Positions 60,812 through 64,000 of a DNA stretch of 64,000 bases are shown here, one piece after another. This DNA comes from Ignavibacteriota bacterium (GTDB lineage Bacteria; Bacteroidota; Ignavibacteria; UBA10030; UBA6906). The stretch covers positions 140,677-204,676 of the forward strand of contig JADJHP010000003.1 of NCBI GenBank assembly GCA_016707525.1, written 5' to 3'. The notes under the pieces are model-generated. The model saw nothing but the letters and a program-made list of their open reading frames with translations, was not told where the DNA came from and made no database searches. A program made the position numbers and the translations under genes. Numbering within the stretch: the first letter of the stretch is position 1; each line of letters begins with the position of its first letter.

Positions 60812-61306
60812 CTAGTTCTGGGATACCTGACTATCGTAGACGATCTTCCCGATATCCAGGAGGATCAGCAGCCGGTCCTCGAGCTTTCCCACTCCGGTAA
60901 TATACTCCTCGTTCGTGCTCCCCGCGATCGACGGTGGCGGTTCCGTGACGCTGCGCGGGATCCGCAAGACCTCACGCACGGCGTCGACCACGAATCCGAC
61001 CACTTTGCCGTTCAACTCCACGACCACGATCCGGGTATGCTTGTCGTGTTCCTTTCTGGCCATGCCGAAACGCCGGCGGAGATCGATGATCGGGATCACT
61101 TTGCCGCGGAGATTGATGACCCCGTCCACATACTCCGGTGCATTCGGCACCTTCGTCACTTCAAGCATCCTGTTGATCTCCTGCACCTGCAGGATATCCA
61201 CACCGAACTCCTCGTCGCCGATGTTGAAACTCACCAGCTGCAGCAGTTCGTCGCCGGACCCATGCTTCGCTTCTGTTGCCTGATGTACTGAGACCGTTTC
61301 CGCCAT
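60812..61306 (-). CDS. cheW: chemotaxis coupling protein CheW
   Basis: LVSFNIGDEEFGVDILQVQEI..VINLRGKVIPIIDLR; RBS AGGAGGA before ATG 61306. Confidence 0.9.
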   Translation of the reverse strand: MAETVSVHQATEAKHGSGDELLQLVSFNIGDEEFGVDILQVQEINRMLEVTKVPNAPEYVDGVINLRGKVIPIIDLRRRFGMARKEHDKHTRIVVVELNGKVVGFVVDAVREVLRIPRSVTEPPPSIAGSTNEEYITGVGKLEDRLLILLDIGKIVYDSQVSQN

Positions 61307-61326
61307 AGTTCCTCCTGTATAATTCG

Positions 61327-61356
61327 GATATCTGATATCAGATATCTGATATCTGA
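61327..61356. repeat. AT-rich tandem heptamer GATATC(T/A) x4 containing the perfect 18-bp palindrome ATATCTGATATCAGATAT, between the MCP stop and cheW
   Basis: Seen directly in the sequence; very AT-rich in a GC-rich genome. Confidence 0.6.
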
Positions 61357-61359
61357 ATT

Positions 61360-64000
61360 TTAGCCCGCTACCAGCACGCCGTTCTCCCGCACCGCGACCC
61401 CGCTCCGCATACCGTCATTGCGGCCGAGCTTGAAGTCGCTGATGAGCTTCTGCAGGTTCTCCGTGAGCCGGTTGAGATCCTCCGCCGCACGCGCGATCTG
61501 CTGCGTCCCCTGCGCCGTTTCACCCGTCACCTTCGAGATCCCTTCCACGTTCTTCGAGATCTGCTCGCTGGCACTCGACTGCTCCTCGCTCGCGGCCGCG
61601 ATCTGCGTGACCATGTCCGTCACCTTCTGGCTCACCCCCACGATCTCCTTCAGGCTCGCGCCTGCCTTGTCGGCCAGCTCGATCCCGCGTTCCACCTCGT
61701 TCGTCCCTTCTTCCATCGACCGGACGGCACCCGTGGTATCCGACTGGATCTTCTTGATCATCCCGGCGATCTCTTTCGTCGCCTTCGTCGTCCGCTCGGC
61801 CAGCTTCCTGACCTCGTCCGCCACGACCGCAAACCCGCGCCCCTGCTCTCCCGCCCGGGCCGCCTCGATGGCAGCGTTGAGCGCAAGCAGGTTCGTCTGA
61901 TCCGCAATGTCGTCGATGACGCCGATGATCTCACCGATCTGATCGCTCGATTTCCCGAGTTCCTTCACCGTCTCGGCGCTCTTGTTCACCACGCCGGCGA
62001 TGCGCTTCATGCCCTCGACCGTATCGTCGACCACCTTCCCGCCCTGCTCCGCACTCACACGCGCGAGCTTCGCCGTCTCGGCCGCCACGCTCGCGTTCTT
62101 GGAGTTCTCCATGATGGTCTTCGTCATCTCTTCCACCGCACTCGCCACCTCGGCTGCCTGACTCGTCTGTTCCTGCGCCCCGGCGGCCATCTCCTCGGTG
62201 CTTGAGCTGATCTGGCTCGACGCGCTCGCCGTCGCGCTCACTGCCTCGCTCACCTTCCGCAGGGCATCCTGCAGGGAACCGCCCACCTTGTTGATGCTCT
62301 CCTTGATGAGCTGCAGATCGCCGCGGTAGTCCCCGTTCATCCGCGCCGTCATGTCGCCCGTCGCCATCACCGCCAGCGTGTTCGACCCTTCCTGCACCGG
62401 CTTGATCACCGCATCCAGCGTGTCGTTCACACCCTGGACGATCTTCCGGAAATCGCCCTGATGCTTCGCAGCATCCGCGCGCGTGGCAAGGCGCCCTTCC
62501 ACCGCTGCCTGCGACAGCAGCATCGCATCAGCCACCAGCGCGTTCACCGCGCCGATCGCCTGGTTCAGGTTGTTCTTGATCTCGTTGAAATCGCCGTTGT
62601 AGCTGTCCGTGATCTTCGCCGGGATGTCGCCCTTGGAGATCCGGTCCACATACTCTGCTGCGACGTTGAGAGGCCCGATGACGGAGTCCAGTGTCTCGTT
62701 CACGCCCTGCACGATCTTCCGGAAGTCGCCCTGATGCTTCGTGGCATCGGCGCGCGTGGCGAGTTTGCCCTCCACCGCGGCACGCGACAGCATATGCGCA
62801 TCCGTGACCAGCATGCTCACGGCGTTGATCGCCTGATTCAGGTTGTTCTTGATCTCGTTGAAGTCGCCGTTGTAGTTGTCCGTGATCTTCGCCGGGATGT
62901 CGCCCTTGGAGATCCGGTCCACGTACTCCGCGGCCACATTCAACGGACCGATGACGGAGTCGAGCGTGTCGTTCACGCCCTGGACGATCTTCCGGAAATC
63001 GCCGCCGTGCTTCGATGCGTCGGCGCGGGTGGCGAGCTTGCCTTCGACCGCGGCCCTGGACAGCATGACCGCATCGGCCACAAGGGCGTTCACCGCACCG
63101 ATGGCCTGGTTCAGGTTGTTCTTGATCTCGTTGAAATCACCGTTGTACGTGTCCGTGATCTTCGCCGGGATGTCGCCCTTCGAGATGCGGTCCACGTACT
63201 CCGCGGCCACGTTCAGCGGGCCGATGACCGAATCGAGCGTAGCGTTCACACCCTGCACGATCTCGCGATAGCTTCCCTGGAACTTCTCCGCATTGCCGCG
63301 GGTGGCGAGCTTGCCCTCGACCGCCGCCTTCGACAACATCCCTGCCTCGGCGACCAGGCCGCGCAGAGCCTCGGTCATCTGCTTCAACGCAGGGGAGATC
63401 TCGTCGCGGTCATCCTTGGCATTTACATTCGTACTCAGATCGCCTTTCGCGATCTTCTGCATCGTCGCGATCACATTGGACTGGAGGTCGTCCGCGAACG
63501 CATCCATGGCTCTGGCAAGGACACCGACTTCGTCCTTCGTCTCCATCGTGAGGCGGGTTCCCAGATGTCCCTTCCCCATCTCCTGCATCATTTCCACGCC
63601 ACGATTGAGGGGCCTGGTGATGATCCGCGCGATGAAGATGCCGAGGCCGATGGCAACGACCATGGCGATGCCTACGACGATAAGCATCATCGTGACCGCG
63701 GCATTTGCTTCGACCGTGTTCTGATCGGACCGGGCTTTGGCCCGTTGCACGAGGAGTGTACTTAAGGCCTCGATCGCCGCCTGCTCACGGGCACGGGCCT
63801 TGTCCATGTTTCCCTTCCAAAGCGCAAATGCCTGGTCCGTTCGTCCCGACCGGGCGAGATCCATGAACTCGTTGAGCAATGGCACGAATTCTTTTCGTGT
63901 GGCGCCGAACTCATCAAATGCTTTGCGCACATCATCCGATGCGATCGCCTTGTCCAATGTGGCCACCGTCGCCACGATCTCGGCTCTCCGTTCATCGATG
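61360..64000 (-). CDS. methyl-accepting chemotaxis protein: 4HB sensor, TM, poly-HAMP array, MCP signalling domain (N-terminus beyond window end)
   Basis: The frame stays open past the GTG at 63975 to the window edge. Five or more HAMP units. Signalling domain ends ..[28 protein letters not shown]. Confidence 0.85.
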   Translation of the reverse strand, partial: IDERRAEIVATVATLDKAIASDDVRKAFDEFGATRKEFVPLLNEFMDLARSGRTDQAFALWKGNMDKARAREQAAIEALSTLLVQRAKARSDQNTVEANAAVTMMLIVVGIAMVVAIGLGIFIARIITRPLNRGVEMMQEMGKGHLGTRLTMETKDEVGVLARAMDAFADDLQSNVIATMQKIAKGDLSTNVNAKDDRDEISPALKQMTEALRGLVAEAGMLSKAAVEGKLATRGNAEKFQGSYREIVQGVNATLDSVIGPLNVAAEYVDRISKGDIPAKITDTYNGDFNEIKNNLNQAIGAVNALVADAVMLSRAAVEGKLATRADASKHGGDFRKIVQGVNDTLDSVIGPLNVAAEYVDRISKGDIPAKITDNYNGDFNEIKNNLNQAINAVSMLVTDAHMLSRAAVEGKLATRADATKHQGDFRKIVQGVNETLDSVIGPLNVAAEYVDRISKGDIPAKITDSYNGDFNEIKNNLNQAIGAVNALVADAMLLSQAAVEGRLATRADAAKHQGDFRKIVQGVNDTLDAVIKPVQEGSNTLAVMATGDMTARMNGDYRGDLQLIKESINKVGGSLQDALRKVSEAVSATASASSQISSSTEEMAAGAQEQTSQAAEVASAVEEMTKTIMENSKNASVAAETAKLARVSAEQGGKVVDDTVEGMKRIAGVVNKSAETVKELGKSSDQIGEIIGVIDDIADQTNLLALNAAIEAARAGEQGRGFAVVADEVRKLAERTTKATKEIAGMIKKIQSDTTGAVRSMEEGTNEVERGIELADKAGASLKEIVGVSQKVTDMVTQIAAASEEQSSASEQISKNVEGISKVTGETAQGTQQIARAAEDLNRLTENLQKLISDFKLGRNDGMRSGVAVRENGVLVAG
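62240..63330. repeat. intragenic tandem repeats, 4 x about 276 bp, each encoding a 92-aa HAMP-plus-linker unit of the chemoreceptor
   Basis: Units are near-identical at protein level ([72 protein letters not shown]). They carry scattered synonymous DNA differences. Confidence 0.75.

Noticed and set aside
62461-63765. 434-aa plus-strand ORF with internal repeats
   Set aside because: It only mirrors the tandem HAMP repeats of the minus-strand chemoreceptor; the chemoreceptor frame carries the canonical signalling domain.
1-64000. Search for tRNA/rRNA genes, CRISPR arrays, IS elements, integrases or toxin-antitoxin/defence genes
   Set aside because: None found. Intergenic regions are short apart from 21161-21840, and no cloverleaf-like or repeat-spacer structures were seen.

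Overview
High-GC (about 62-65%) Gram-negative chromosomal segment, densely coding, with no rRNA, tRNA, CRISPR or mobile elements that I can see. All functional calls come from reading motifs in the six-frame translations by eye; no database search was possible. The supplied ORF track renders GTG/TTG starts as M and omits ORFs truncated by the window edge; several gene starts were re-picked from signal peptides, RBS and stop/start overlaps. Contents in order (boundaries approximate; the MCP and its repeats overlap the HK/RR module and so appear twice): (i) 1-5.9 kb: a partial GH38 alpha-mannosidase, a polytopic membrane protein, and a tricorn protease split over two frames. (ii) 6.2-18.3 kb: an 18-kb block of eight two-component signalling genes in two tandem operons, carrying three different kinase phosphotransfer-domain families (HisKA, HisKA_3, HisKA_2), two REC-PAS-kinase hybrids and a REC-HDOD regulator. 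(iii) 18.6-33.3 kb: a secreted CBM9/DUF5916-like protein; a small island with an AraC-GlxA regulator, an SRPBCC protein and three RibD_C/DHFR-family paralogs; a CsgG-like lipoprotein plus outer-membrane barrel operon; cupin, ICMT-like methyltransferase, patatin, an esterase and a dihaem cytochrome c. (iv) 33.5-37.5 kb: a 1335-aa GH38 alpha-mannosidase with a C-terminal F5/8-type domain. (v) 37.9-49.0 kb: CDF transporter, EEP nuclease/phosphatase, an ECF sigma/anti-sigma pair, and a kdp locus in the unusual order kdpC, an extra 36-aa hydrophobic peptide, kdpF, kdpA, kdpB, with kdpE and kdpD convergent. (vi) 49.2-56.5 kb: a minus-strand glycosidase operon (an unassigned glycoside hydrolase, GH2 beta-mannosidase-like, GH20 hexosaminidase). 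(vii) 56.9-64.0 kb: a porin, PBP-like protein, HisKA_2 kinase and regulator module, cheW, and a poly-HAMP chemoreceptor with internal 276-bp tandem repeats. Main caveat: five genes are split by single-base frameshifts, two of them clearly inside long homopolymers (C7, G7); I read these as probable sequencing or assembly indels rather than real pseudogenes.
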